Source: a bacterium
GTDB taxonomy: Bacteria; Zhuqueibacterota; Zhuqueibacteria; Residuimicrobiales; Krinioviventaceae
Direction: 5' to 3'
DNA length: 64,000 bases
Assembly: GCA_963674595.2 (NCBI GenBank)
Contig: CAXXFV010000014.1
Location: 64,001 to 128,000, forward strand
A program made the position numbers and the translations under genes. Positions 10,572-21,330 of the stretch are shown one piece after another. Numbering within the stretch: position 1 is the stretch's first letter; the number at the start of each line of letters is the position of its first letter. The notes beneath the pieces were generated by a model. That model did no database searches. It was not told where the DNA came from and saw only the letters and a program-made list of their open reading frames with translations.

Positions 10572-11060
10572 ATGAATGAAATGACTAAAGCCCGTCACAT
10601 CGAATTGACAGGAATTGAACGGGATAAAGCCCTGGAAAAATTCCGGCAACAAATAAAAAAATGGGACCTGGCGCTCCCTCCTGTCCAACCTTTGGTTCTT
10701 GACTTTGGACTGGGGCAGTTTTATACCACGGGATTAATTGAACTCTGGATTGCCAATGAAATAGAGGCCGGTTATTGCGGCAAGTATCTTTTTGTTTTTG
10801 ACGGACAAACCTGTCCCATGCATCGTCACAAAGAAAAACACGAAACCTTTTTTATTGTGGAGGGAAGTGTAGCCGTAAACTATGATGGTAAAGAAATGCT
10901 CCTAAATAAGGGCGATGTTCTTCCAGTAAAAGAAAATAAAAAACACAGTTTCACAGGACAAGGCCCGGCTTTGCTGCTGGAACTATCCAAACCCTGTATT
11001 GTAGACGACAATTATTTTGAAAACAAACATATACCAATCGGCGGCAATTTTAACAACTAG
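10572..11060 (+). CDS. D-lyxose/D-mannose-family sugar isomerase (cupin)
   Basis: DFGLG, GYCGK and CPMHRHKEKHETF cupin metal motif. Confidence 0.8.
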   Translation: MNEMTKARHIELTGIERDKALEKFRQQIKKWDLALPPVQPLVLDFGLGQFYTTGLIELWIANEIEAGYCGKYLFVFDGQTCPMHRHKEKHETFFIVEGSVAVNYDGKEMLLNKGDVLPVKENKKHSFTGQGPALLLELSKPCIVDDNYFENKHIPIGGNFNN

Positions 11061-11188
11061 TATATTTTAAGAGTGTTGAATGAAACAAGGGTCCACCAAA
11101 TTATTCAATCGAATGATTTTAAAATGCTGGTGATTGTCAAAAAACAACTAAAAATTATTATTCTTTTCATAAACAATGAGGGAAAATT

Positions 11189-12622
11189 ATGAAAACAAGG
11201 TCACTAAACAAATTATTTTCTGCCGTTATTTTATTAATTGTATTCACAACACCGGTTGTCTTTTCTCAGGGCATTATCATCGATCATACCTGCACGGACA
11301 TAACACAAATCCCGGATGAATGGATAAATCAAGCCAAAAGCCTTCTCAAAGTACATTATGCGCACACCTCACACGGGGAACAAATTTATATCGGACTGGA
11401 CCGGTTGGATGACGAAAATACGCTTTATAATTTTTATCCTGACAACTGTAACATGCCGGACACCCCGGACTATCTGTCGTTAATGGAAGGTCAGTTTATG
11501 AACGGCTATTGTGAAACATACATCACACCGGACCTTTACTGGCAGGGTAATAATGCGCTCAACATCACCCGGTCCAACCTGAGTTCCCATGACATTAATG
11601 TGTCTGTTTGGGCCTGGTGCACGCAACAGAATTATTTTAGCCAGGCTGAAACGCAACAATATCTGGACGCTATACAACAGTTGGAGAGTGAATTTCCGAA
11701 TGTAACATTTGTATATATGACAGGAAACGCCCAAGACCAAAACCATAACCGACTTGACCGAAACAATCAGGTACGGGAATTTTGCCGTAACAACAACAAA
11801 TATTTATTCGACTTTGCCGACCTGGACTGTTGGTATAATGGTGAGCAATATTTGGAATCCAATATTCCTGTAGAACATCCGCAATATAACGGAGACGAAG
11901 GCGGTCACACAACGTTGGAAAGCTGCGATGTTAAAGGCCGGGCTTTCTGGTGGCTGCTGGCGCGCATTGCCGGTTGGGACGGCAGTGGAGGCAGCATCAT
12001 ACCCGAGCCGATGATAGCGCTGGACCAACCGAGTCTCCAGTTTACCTGTGAAGAAAACGGCATTGCACCACTGGAACAAGCCCTGACAATACGTAATACA
12101 GGGACGGGTGTTTTGCAATGGAGCATTGAAAACCAATCTGCATGGCTGGATTATACCCCGAAATCCGGAACAGATTCGACAATTATCACCGTGTTCGCCG
12201 ATCCGACCGATTTAACAGCCGGAGATTATTCAGACACACTTGTGGTCACAGCAAACGGGGCTGCAAACTCACCGCAAAAAATACCGGTACAACTTGTCAT
12301 CCAGGAAGCAACCGGTGTTAATGATTTGGGACAAATTAATAAAACAAACGAAATCGAAACTTACAACCTGCCAAATCCTTTTCAAACCAGCACAAACATC
12401 ACATTTCGCGTTCCATCAACTGCGCCTGTGCAGATTACCATCTATAACATCCTTGGTCAAAAAATTAAAACGCTGGTGCAGGAAACAAAACAGGCAGGCC
12501 TTTACATAACCACATGGAACGGAACAGACCTTTATAATCAGCCTGTAAAAAGCGGGACCTATTTTTACAGGATACATTGCAACGGTAATATAAAAACCGG
12601 AAAGATGTTTCTTGTACGGTGA
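11189..12622 (+). CDS. Secreted protein: putative hydrolase-like N-domain, BACON-like domain, FlgD-Ig/T9SS-like CTD
   Basis: Signal peptide; YAHTSHG motif; [24 protein letters not shown]-like segment; [22 protein letters not shown]. Confidence 0.75.
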   Translation: MKTRSLNKLFSAVILLIVFTTPVVFSQGIIIDHTCTDITQIPDEWINQAKSLLKVHYAHTSHGEQIYIGLDRLDDENTLYNFYPDNCNMPDTPDYLSLMEGQFMNGYCETYITPDLYWQGNNALNITRSNLSSHDINVSVWAWCTQQNYFSQAETQQYLDAIQQLESEFPNVTFVYMTGNAQDQNHNRLDRNNQVREFCRNNNKYLFDFADLDCWYNGEQYLESNIPVEHPQYNGDEGGHTTLESCDVKGRAFWWLLARIAGWDGSGGSIIPEPMIALDQPSLQFTCEENGIAPLEQALTIRNTGTGVLQWSIENQSAWLDYTPKSGTDSTIITVFADPTDLTAGDYSDTLVVTANGAANSPQKIPVQLVIQEATGVNDLGQINKTNEIETYNLPNPFQTSTNITFRVPSTAPVQITIYNILGQKIKTLVQETKQAGLYITTWNGTDLYNQPVKSGTYFYRIHCNGNIKTGKMFLVR

Positions 12623-12666
12623 TTTTTTGTCCGTTTAATAGCATATTATTCTATTCCTATTTTACA

Positions 12667-12714
12667 AAAAAATACCGTCTTTTGAGTTTATATCATCAAG
12701 GGACGGTATTTTTT
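12667..12714. terminator. Bidirectional intrinsic terminator
   Basis: AAAAAATACCGTC...GACGGTATTTTTT between convergent genes. Confidence 0.8.
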
Positions 12715-12730
12715 AATGACAGTAAAGACT

Positions 12731-13846
12731 TTAATCTGCCATACTCAGGCCCTCAAATGTGTGAGGGCCAATATCTTTCTGGTTCAACCAACCGTTTTTA
12801 ATTTTACTATTTTCGGAATATTTAATATGTGCGGAACCAGATCCTTCCGCACGATAGAATTCTGTAAAAACCACCATACTCCCTTTTGGTAAAGTAGTGA
12901 CAATCGCCGATTTTTCACAATTTGTGGCTGACCAGGCATCATAATATACAGACAAATCCCGGCGACTTTTATAACGATGACTATCTTTTGATTCTATCAG
13001 TAATTCCGGAACAGTATAGAGTGTTTTGTCCAAAGTATCAAACAAATATTCCTGCGGATAAAAACATGTTCCAAGAAAGCCCTTACGAACTGTAGCCGTA
13101 ATCAAAATTTTACGATTGTTTATTTTTTCCTGATGCATAACATACGAGGGAATTGAAAATAATATGTTAAACTTTTTGTATTTATCAAATCCGACAAATA
13201 CAAATTCCCTATCATCGCTTGGTCCAAATATATTTATCTTGAGCTCCAAACCCAGATTGTTATCAAAACCCTGGTCTATATCTGTAAACTCGATCTGTGC
13301 TTTTTTTAATGCCCGCTGATCGTAAAGGACAATTTCAGACAACTTGTTGTCTTGCAGATACTCCACAGGAACAGAAGAACAATCAAGCAACCATTTATAA
13401 CCTTTATCCAGTAAAATAAATTTTCCATAGGGCCGTCTGTTGTACCTCATTTCATTTTCATCTCCATATCCTAAATAGAAAAGAGGATAATCATTAAAAT
13501 CATATTTATACAGAATTTCACAGAACTCAAATTTCGAAATCGCTTCCAGTGATTTGAAAAGTGAAACATTTTTATCCTCAATTTCAGTCAACTCGACACT
13601 TGTCTTTTCAACAGGCTGATACCAGGATTGATGTTTAAAAAATAATGCCAATTCCGAATCTTTAAATATATACCCCTTTCGGGCAAAAATTTCATTTCTG
13701 GCATACCGATAAAACGATTTGGATTTACCTTCAAGAGTATCAGCCTGAATTATCATTATATCAGAGTCTTTAATAAGATACTCTCCGGCATAACCTGCAG
13801 CAGACCATAGAAATATAAAGCTAATGTTCAGAAAAAAATATCTCAT
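12731..13846 (-). CDS. Secreted YARHG-domain protein
   Basis: RYARNEIFARKGYIFKD..FKHQSWYQP; signal peptide; start placed at the second Met after GAGAGGGG. Confidence 0.8.
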   Translation of the reverse strand: MRYFFLNISFIFLWSAAGYAGEYLIKDSDIMIIQADTLEGKSKSFYRYARNEIFARKGYIFKDSELALFFKHQSWYQPVEKTSVELTEIEDKNVSLFKSLEAISKFEFCEILYKYDFNDYPLFYLGYGDENEMRYNRRPYGKFILLDKGYKWLLDCSSVPVEYLQDNKLSEIVLYDQRALKKAQIEFTDIDQGFDNNLGLELKINIFGPSDDREFVFVGFDKYKKFNILFSIPSYVMHQEKINNRKILITATVRKGFLGTCFYPQEYLFDTLDKTLYTVPELLIESKDSHRYKSRRDLSVYYDAWSATNCEKSAIVTTLPKGSMVVFTEFYRAEGSGSAHIKYSENSKIKNGWLNQKDIGPHTFEGLSMAD

Positions 13847-14196
13847 AGGAACCCCTCTCATAAAAAATTTTTGGTATGAATCTACTTTTTAAAAAATATT
13901 ATTCCAGATAATAGAAAACTTGATTACCCTGAACGGACTAGATTTAAATTAATGTTATTCTATTAATAATCAATTAAAAATTTTACTTGTATTTTTTCAA
14001 AAAATATTCTAAAATAAAAAAAGTAACTAAACGAGGGAGATATGTTGAAATCATTTTAAAAAGGTGATCTTTTTTTGCATTAAAAAAGACACCTTTTTGT
14101 GTTTTGAAAAAGTCGGTTTTTAATTTTAAAATTCATCAATTCATTTTATAAGGGTACTATTCAAACTGAATTTTAAAACTATTTTTAGGAGGATTT

Positions 14197-15177
14197 ATGA
14201 AAAAAATTTGGTTGGTGTGTATCATTTTGATTCCATTGCTTGGCTGCGACAAAACCGTAACAAATTCAGATGCGGTTAAAGGAAATTGGAACATCGTCCA
14301 CCATTTTCAGGAAAATATTGGGTATCGTTCATTGTTTTTTGTAGACCAGCAAACCGGTTGGGTGCTGGCAGGAAACGGTATGATATTTTCCACAACAAAC
14401 GGCGGTACAATTTGGAGGTCCCAAAACAGCGGCACATCAAACTGTTTACACGACATTCACTTTTATGACACGAAAAACGGCTGGGCCGTCGGCTCAAACA
14501 ATACCATTCTTTATACCAACAATGGCGGTACAGCCTGGCATCGAATCACTCTGGATGGGGACAGTTCTCAAACCCTATATGGCGTATATTTCTCGGACGC
14601 CGACAACGGCTGGATAGTTTCAAATCACGGTAAAATATACAAGACAGAAAATTCCGGCAAGACCTGGGCCATCCAACTGACATGGGAATACCAATGCGGA
14701 GGAAGATTTAATTTTGTAAATGGCGAAACAGGTTATGTTATACCGGTCATTGGGAAAAAGCTGTATCAAACAAATAATGGCGGACAAAGTTGGACGAAAA
14801 CGTCATTATCAAATATTTTGTCATGGGAAAGTGACATTTTTTTTGTAGACAATAGTTATGGCTGGATATGTAATATGAGAGGCCCAAGTTCGGTCGCTTA
14901 TGACTATGCATCAGTATTCCAAACCACAGACGGTGGCAAAAATTGGAAAAAAATCCACACATTTGACGAAAGGGACCTGATAAAAGTATACTTTATAGAC
15001 AAAAATAACGGCTGGGTCGCCGGTAGTAAAATATATTATACTTCAGATGGTGGTAAAAACTGGACAGCCCAAATAAAAAGCCCAACAATGTCTTTGGTCG
15101 ACCTGCAATTCGTCGATTATTCCACAGGCTATGCTATGGATTATGTCGGTGCTTTTTATAAATTCCAGTCAAATTAA
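14197..15177 (+). CDS. YCF48-like beta-propeller lipoprotein
   Basis: Lipobox LLGC; repeated F.D...GW and T.DGG..W (BNR/Asp-box) units. Confidence 0.85.
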   Translation: MKKIWLVCIILIPLLGCDKTVTNSDAVKGNWNIVHHFQENIGYRSLFFVDQQTGWVLAGNGMIFSTTNGGTIWRSQNSGTSNCLHDIHFYDTKNGWAVGSNNTILYTNNGGTAWHRITLDGDSSQTLYGVYFSDADNGWIVSNHGKIYKTENSGKTWAIQLTWEYQCGGRFNFVNGETGYVIPVIGKKLYQTNNGGQSWTKTSLSNILSWESDIFFVDNSYGWICNMRGPSSVAYDYASVFQTTDGGKNWKKIHTFDERDLIKVYFIDKNNGWVAGSKIYYTSDGGKNWTAQIKSPTMSLVDLQFVDYSTGYAMDYVGAFYKFQSN

Positions 15178-15441
15178 AAATCCTTTTTTCATATCAATTA
15201 TCAAAAAATACAAATGTCACAACCAATGTCTTTAATATAATGGTACATTGTGTTAAGACTTGATTTCCGATGCACAGTCAACAGAAAATTATCAGGTCCG
15301 ACAGAACAGTACTTGTAAAAACGGCTTTACAGTTCCTTCAGGGACTTGGCATTTTTATTCAACCATAAAACGAAACATTCATCCCAAAACTATCGTTTAT
15401 GATATAATAGTAACTCTATCACCAAAAAAAATAAAAACAAC

Positions 15442-15470
15442 TTGACATAGACTAAAAAAATCTGTAGATA
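15442..15470 (+). promoter_or_regulatory. Candidate sigma70 promoter
   Basis: TTGACA at 15442 with an AT-rich -10 region 17 nt downstream; AGGGAGG RBS before the GTG at 15519. Confidence 0.45.
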
Positions 15471-15518
15471 TTTAAGTTAGAATTAAAATAATTTTTATTC
15501 CAATCAGGGAGGAAATAC

Positions 15519-16655
15519 GTGAAAAACTCAACTTTTAAAAAAGAGGACCTTGAAAAAAAGATTGCCGCGTATTCAACAATGGCCGGAGCCATACTGCTTT
15601 CAACTTCTCCACTCCAAAGTGCCGTACATAAAACAGTTGTCAATCAAAACAATCTATCTTTATATTATTTTGATGTTAATAATGATGATACTCCTGATTT
15701 CAGATTACGTCAAAATTCAACTATTAATAGTGCTTACTATTTAAGCAATTGGAAAGGTCGTGGGGTAATGGGCGCAACAGTTGGTTATAGTAAAGTAATG
15801 GACTATGGTTCGATAATAGGCCCTTCACGAACATTTACTAACGGAAACTTGTTTAAAGTAAGCAAAGGTTCCTGGGCCGGCGTGACTGATAAATATCTGG
15901 GTGTACGGGTTGATGTAATAGCTACCGGAGAAGAGTATCATTATGTATGGGTCAAGTTGTCTGTTCATGCCAATGGCACATTTGATTTAAAAGAATATGC
16001 CTGGGAAGATATAGAAGATCAAGCCATCGCTGCCGGTTCGGATGTAAGCCTTCCTGTAGAGTTGTCCGCCTTTTCCGCCGCTGGTAAAGGACAAACTGTC
16101 GTACTGGAATGGACCACCGAAAGTGAAAGCGATAACCTGGGCTACATTCTAGAACGCCGATTAAAAGATGAAACCAATTGGACCACTGTTGCCGATTATA
16201 AATCTCATTCAGCTTTAGCAGGACAGGGAACCACCTCAAACCAAACAAAATATACCTTTACAGACAAAAATATTGTTACAGGTAACAGCGATGTTTATCG
16301 TCTTTCCGATGTCAACATACAAGGCGAGGTAAACGTCTGTGCCTCCACGTCCGTTCAACTGACGACCTTGCCGCAGCAGACAACATTGCTTAATTCCTAT
16401 CCAAACCCTTTTAATCCGGAGACGACAATCAATTACCAATTATCCGATGACGTCGATGTTACACTGAGCGTTATCGACATAACAGGCCGCACCATCACTA
16501 CAATTGTGCAAAACGAACACCAATCTGCCGGTATCTATGATGTCGCCTGGAACGGCAATACTCACAATGGTCAACCGGCACCCAGCGGCATGTATTTGTT
16601 AATGCTAAAAGCCGGAAATACAATTAAAACCCAAAAGGTCACTCTGTTACGATAA
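15519..16655 (+). CDS. Secreted protein with SLPVELS Ig module and FlgD-Ig/T9SS-like CTD
   Basis: KKIAAYSTMAGA signal; YVWVKL..EYAWE..AIAAG domain; SLPVELSAF; SYPNPFNPET. Confidence 0.8.
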   Translation: MKNSTFKKEDLEKKIAAYSTMAGAILLSTSPLQSAVHKTVVNQNNLSLYYFDVNNDDTPDFRLRQNSTINSAYYLSNWKGRGVMGATVGYSKVMDYGSIIGPSRTFTNGNLFKVSKGSWAGVTDKYLGVRVDVIATGEEYHYVWVKLSVHANGTFDLKEYAWEDIEDQAIAAGSDVSLPVELSAFSAAGKGQTVVLEWTTESESDNLGYILERRLKDETNWTTVADYKSHSALAGQGTTSNQTKYTFTDKNIVTGNSDVYRLSDVNIQGEVNVCASTSVQLTTLPQQTTLLNSYPNPFNPETTINYQLSDDVDVTLSVIDITGRTITTIVQNEHQSAGIYDVAWNGNTHNGQPAPSGMYLLMLKAGNTIKTQKVTLLR

Positions 16656-16708
16656 AAATTAATATCTCACAAATTAACAATATTCCCCCTGTGTAAATAT
16701 ATTTGCGA

Positions 16709-16739
16709 TAAACCGGCAGGTGCATAACCTGTCGGTTTT
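16709..16739 (+). terminator. Intrinsic terminator
   Basis: AAACCGGCAGGT-GCATA-ACCTGTCGGTTTT. Confidence 0.7.
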
Positions 16740-16883
16740 CTACAATAAACAAAATTCTTTTCTGTTTGCACACTCTGCAAATCAAAGCATATACTATAAT
16801 AAGCGCCTGATATTGGAATAAAAATCTATCTTTTTTGTTTCATTTTTTAACCGTTTAAAATATTTTTTTACTGGAGGTTAAAA

Positions 16884-17381
16884 ATGAAATTCAAAACACT
16901 CTTGACAATTGCATTATTCTTTACAAGCCTTTCCTCTTCTTTGGTGTATGCCCATTGTGAAATACCGTGCGGTATTTATGGCGACGAGATTCGATTTCAA
17001 TTATTGAAAGAACAGATTACTACGGTTGAAAAATCCATGAACGAAATCAACAAACTTTCCGATGCAGCAAAACCGAATTACAATCAAATAGTACGATGGG
17101 TCACCAATAAGGACAAACATGCTGATGACATACGTGAAATCGTTACCCAATATTTTCTGGCACAGCGAATAAAACCGGTAGACGGTACTGACAAACAGGC
17201 TTTGGAAACCTATCAAAAAAAACTGGAAACCCTGCACCTTATTATCGTGCACGCCATGAAAGCCAAACAAACCACAGACCTGAAGCATGTGGAAACATTG
17301 CGACAGCTTGTGGATAAATTTTATAATCTCTATTTCGATCAGGAAATGCAGCAACATTTAAATGAACATAAACATAATTAA
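16884..17381 (+). CDS. sodN: Nickel superoxide dismutase with Sec signal peptide
   Basis: Ni-hook HCEIPCGIY directly after the VYA signal peptidase site; RWVTNKDKHA, QYFLAQRIKP and AMKAKQT conserved segments. Confidence 0.93.
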   Translation: MKFKTLLTIALFFTSLSSSLVYAHCEIPCGIYGDEIRFQLLKEQITTVEKSMNEINKLSDAAKPNYNQIVRWVTNKDKHADDIREIVTQYFLAQRIKPVDGTDKQALETYQKKLETLHLIIVHAMKAKQTTDLKHVETLRQLVDKFYNLYFDQEMQQHLNEHKHN

Positions 17382-17453
17382 CAGCCATTTTTAGCTGCTG
17401 TTGCTGTAATAAACCATCATTTATCCAATATTAAAACTAGTTATTTTATCCTA

Positions 17454-17489
17454 AAAACACTTGTGTTTTTTAATAAACACAAGTGTTTT
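17454..17489 (+). terminator. Hairpin/terminator after sodN
   Basis: AAAACACTTGTGTTT...AAACACAAGTGTTTT inverted repeat. Confidence 0.6.
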
Positions 17490-17731
17490 GAAAGATAACT
17501 CTCACAAATTAAACAAAATTTATCTTTGCGATCTCGGCGTGCACTGCGTTATTTATATGTCCTAGATACGAAGGTAAACTTTGCTTGCTTTTTACCCACA
17601 TATTTATATCTTTAAACCTCAACAATTTTGAACTGTTTTAAAAGCAGTCAACAAAATCCACATTCCCACCAGATTATTTTACAGGAAAAGTCTGTTGAAT
17701 AAATACTTAACAGAAAGGATATATAAAATCT

Positions 17732-19183
17732 ATGCCGGACTTGATCATCAACGAAACAAAAGGCCATGAAATTGAAAAAGCTTTCCGAATCGCCATGGGA
17801 GATTTGTTTACAAATATTCAATATTATAAATCCGGCATGCTGGAACAGGAAAAATCCTGTTTACTGGCTGGTTTTTTTTACGATCGTCCCTGGACCAGAG
17901 ACGCTGCCATGAACACATGGAACGGATTCGGTCTGTTGTTTCCTCAGGAAGCAAAAAACACCCTGCTGGCCCAGGCCGGTAAAAATGAAAATAGTGAGCC
18001 TGTTATCATCGGCCAATATTGGGACCGGATAATATGGATTATCGGTGCCTGGTATTATTATTTGTATACCGGTGATAAAGAATTTTTAAGTATGGCTTAT
18101 CAAACAACTGTGAATACGTTAAAAATTCTGGAGGATGAAGAATTTACCAGCGAAATGAACCTGTTTCGCGGAGCAGCCGTTTACGGAGACGGTATATCCG
18201 CCTATCCTCTGGTTTACGCGCAGCACGACGATAATGTACCACAGGAACCTTACAGTTGTATTCTGGACTGGGTGCATGCAAATCCCACCAAAAAAGCCGA
18301 CAAAGGTTATGGTTTGCCGATGCATGCCCTGTCGACAAACTGTGTTTATTTTCAGGCTTATAAATTATTAGCGGATATTGAAAAAGAACTAGAGCTGACA
18401 GTTAATTCACAATGGCTTGAAAAAGCAAATAAAATTAAACAGGCAATCAACAAACATTTTTGGGACAGCGCACGCGGGACCTATAACTATCTGGTCGATC
18501 CTTTTGGTAATTGCAATAGCCAGGAAGGTATGGGCCTTGCCTATGCGATTTTGTTCGGAGTAGCGGACTCTGATCAAATCCAATCCATTTTTAAAAACGC
18601 GGTTATAGAACCGGCAGGCATTCCCTGTGTGTACCCGTCTTTCGAACGTTACCGAAACGAGGACATTGACAGTTACGGTCGCCATTCAGGAACAATCTGG
18701 CCGCATATTCAGGGTTTCTGGGCCGATGCCGCAAAAAAACATCATCACTATGATGCTTTTTTACATGAGTTTATAAATCTGTACACCCATGCATTGCGAG
18801 ATAATCAATTTGTTGAAATATACCATCCCAAAACAGGCAAACCCTACGGTGGTTTACAGGAACCGACCCATGAACAGTTTGAAGAATATTTTATCAGCGA
18901 TCGTCAGGCCTGGAGCGCAACAGCCTATGTCAGCATGATAATTAAGGACATTATGGGAATGAACTTTGATTCACAAGGGATCAGCTTTGACCCGTTTTTA
19001 CCACAAGAAATATCAGAAATCGGTTTAAGGAACCTGACCTATCGTGATGCTGTTTTGGATATTTACATTCATGGAAACGGGACAAAAATCAGCACATTTC
19101 AAATTGATGGTCAGGACGCAAAACCATTTATTAATGCGGATATACAGGGGCATCATACAATTCAAATAACTGTCGTAAAATAG
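17732..19183 (+). CDS. (alpha/alpha)6-barrel glycoside hydrolase (amylo-alpha-1,6-glucosidase/GH63/GH78-like)
   Basis: PWTRDAA, YYLYTGDKEFL, HSGTIWP and QAWSAT motifs. Confidence 0.75.
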   Translation: MPDLIINETKGHEIEKAFRIAMGDLFTNIQYYKSGMLEQEKSCLLAGFFYDRPWTRDAAMNTWNGFGLLFPQEAKNTLLAQAGKNENSEPVIIGQYWDRIIWIIGAWYYYLYTGDKEFLSMAYQTTVNTLKILEDEEFTSEMNLFRGAAVYGDGISAYPLVYAQHDDNVPQEPYSCILDWVHANPTKKADKGYGLPMHALSTNCVYFQAYKLLADIEKELELTVNSQWLEKANKIKQAINKHFWDSARGTYNYLVDPFGNCNSQEGMGLAYAILFGVADSDQIQSIFKNAVIEPAGIPCVYPSFERYRNEDIDSYGRHSGTIWPHIQGFWADAAKKHHHYDAFLHEFINLYTHALRDNQFVEIYHPKTGKPYGGLQEPTHEQFEEYFISDRQAWSATAYVSMIIKDIMGMNFDSQGISFDPFLPQEISEIGLRNLTYRDAVLDIYIHGNGTKISTFQIDGQDAKPFINADIQGHHTIQITVVK

Positions 19184-19195
19184 TTTTATATATCA

Positions 19196-19220
19196 TCCGG
19201 CACTCTAAAAGAGTGCCGGA
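19196..19220. repeat. Perfect 11-bp palindrome (terminator or REP-like)
   Basis: TCCGGCACTCT-AAA-AGAGTGCCGGA. Confidence 0.6.
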
Positions 19221-19326
19221 CTTGCCACTTTTTATAACTTGTTTGAACAATTCAAAAATTTACTTATGTTATTAAAATTGCCCTATAAATAATATCATAC
19301 CAATTGCAAAAATTGGAAGGCAGAAA

Positions 19327-20154
19327 ATGCGGATATTATCAATTTTTCTATTTGCCATTGTTATTTTCAGTGATGATAATAACACAGATTTGACCAAACC
19401 ATCTACTAAATCTCTGGCCGGCTGGAATCTGGTATGGCAGGACGAATTTAACGGTACAGAAATCAATAAATTGCTATGGGAACATGAAGTCAATGCCTGG
19501 GGCGGCGGAAATAATGAATTACAATATTATACAGACCGGCCTGAAAATTCTTTTATTCAGGATGGTAAGCTAGTCATTCGTGCTATAAAAGAAAATTATA
19601 CAGGACCGGAGGGAACCAGAGAATATACATCCGCCCGTCTGAGGACAAAAAACAAAGGCGACTGGAAATATGGTCGTTTTGAAATACGCGCTAAACTACC
19701 ACAGGGACAAGGTCTTTGGCCGGCCATCTGGATGCTGCCTACAGACAATGTTTACGGTGGATGGGCCGCCAGTGGTGAAATAGACATTATGGAACTGCTG
19801 GGACATCAACCCAATATTGTTTATGGCACATTACATTATGGCGGTCAATGGCCGGAAAACAAACACACCGGCATTTCTTATAAAATTGCTGTCAATGATT
19901 TTTCAACGGATTTTTATACTTTTGCACTGGAATGGGAAGAGAAAGAGTTCCGTTGGTATGTGGATGATGTTCTTTACCAGACTCAAAATACGTGGGACAC
20001 CAAAAACCAACCCTATCCAGCTCCGTTTGATCAAAAATTTCACTTGCTGCTGAATGTTGCGGTGGGCGGCAACTGGCCCGGTAACCCGGATGAAACAACC
20101 GTCTTTCCCCAGGAAATGATGGTAGATTATGTAAGGGTTTATGAGAGAAAATAA
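19327..20154 (+). CDS. GH16 beta-glucanase (laminarinase-like)
   Basis: WQDEFNG, GGGNNELQYY, WPAIWML, catalytic EIDIME, LNVAVGG, DYVRVY. Confidence 0.95.
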   Translation: MRILSIFLFAIVIFSDDNNTDLTKPSTKSLAGWNLVWQDEFNGTEINKLLWEHEVNAWGGGNNELQYYTDRPENSFIQDGKLVIRAIKENYTGPEGTREYTSARLRTKNKGDWKYGRFEIRAKLPQGQGLWPAIWMLPTDNVYGGWAASGEIDIMELLGHQPNIVYGTLHYGGQWPENKHTGISYKIAVNDFSTDFYTFALEWEEKEFRWYVDDVLYQTQNTWDTKNQPYPAPFDQKFHLLLNVAVGGNWPGNPDETTVFPQEMMVDYVRVYERK

Positions 20155-20174
20155 ACAGATAGAATTTAACAATC

Positions 20175-21230
20175 TTATAATATTACTGAAGGTTGATAAC
20201 GAATTATAAGCTCCCTTGAAATACCAAGCTCTTTATGTGTAAATCCTTTAGAAACCAACCATCTCAGTTTAAATAAACCTTCTTTTTGTGTAAAATAATT
20301 AAATACAACCTGAACAGTATCTTTTCTCATAATCACATGAGGCTTTAAATCGTATTTATTCAGATTATTTTTAAACTTTGTAAACTTAGTCGCAAATGTA
20401 GAATCGACCATACTTTCTAATTCCATGTTTCCGGAATCCAATAACCCATCAAACTGGCGGGAATCACTCAACATCGTCTCATCACGATAATTTGCATGCC
20501 AGTACAAAAAAAAGTGATCACAATAAAAAGCTAACAGGCTTAACTGAAAATAACTTTGAGGTGACTGGTCGAGTTCAATGTGTTCCAGGAATGGCCGGTC
20601 CATTGAGTTTTTAATATTATGTTTGTAAAGGTACTTTTCCCAATTTTCAATGTCGTTCATTTTATTCAAGGGAGGTTCATCAACTTTTCTGGCATATACA
20701 AAAGGTATTCCGGTGCTCATATCAAAATAATACAGATAATCCAGTATATAAAATTTTTCGAGTTTAATATATTCCAATGCGTCAAAAATCGGACTAAAAT
20801 CTTTTACCGGCAGTTTGGCAATTTTACGAAAATCAGTCTCAGCAGCAATCCTTTTCTGTTCATCAAGCATTATTTGATATCTATCTTGAATATCAATATT
20901 ACCCATGTTTTTAATTTTATCAGTTACAAAACATTTCCGAGTGATTCCTTCAATTCTGTCAAAAACTCTTCTCTGACCTTGACTCAATTCATTAAAAATT
21001 TTTTCAACATCTGATATATATTTTTCAGCATTTTCGATATAAAAGACATCAGGAGGTATTTTTTCATCGTTCAAAGAAACATTAACTGTCACATTTTTTT
21101 CAATTTTATTTTCAAGGACTAATGTCCTGCCATTTTTTAAAACACCAAAACCAAAAAATCGATAACAACATATCGCACAAAAAACCAGGACAAGGCAACC
21201 AATTATTGCTAATTCAATTTTTCTTTTCAC
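20175..21230 (-). CDS. Hypothetical membrane-anchored protein
   Basis: 351-aa ORF with an N-terminal hydrophobic segment and AAGGGG RBS; no recognised motif. Confidence 0.65.
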   Translation of the reverse strand: MKRKIELAIIGCLVLVFCAICCYRFFGFGVLKNGRTLVLENKIEKNVTVNVSLNDEKIPPDVFYIENAEKYISDVEKIFNELSQGQRRVFDRIEGITRKCFVTDKIKNMGNIDIQDRYQIMLDEQKRIAAETDFRKIAKLPVKDFSPIFDALEYIKLEKFYILDYLYYFDMSTGIPFVYARKVDEPPLNKMNDIENWEKYLYKHNIKNSMDRPFLEHIELDQSPQSYFQLSLLAFYCDHFFLYWHANYRDETMLSDSRQFDGLLDSGNMELESMVDSTFATKFTKFKNNLNKYDLKPHVIMRKDTVQVVFNYFTQKEGLFKLRWLVSKGFTHKELGISRELIIRYQPSVIL

Positions 21231-21330
21231 AAACTATCCCCCTTTTCAGAGCATAAATACTGCTTTATTTTTAAAACAATCAGCTTGAATATACTATCTT
21301 TATATTCCACCACTAACCTGGCCACCTGGT

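Noticed and set aside
15347-15363. sigma54-like TTGGCAT motifs here and near 23360 (minus strand)
   Set aside because: No TTG at the -12 position and no repeated copies to support them.
16665-17516. Short direct repeat TCTCACAAATTAA flanking sodN
   Set aside because: Short and AT-rich; insufficient to call an insertion boundary.
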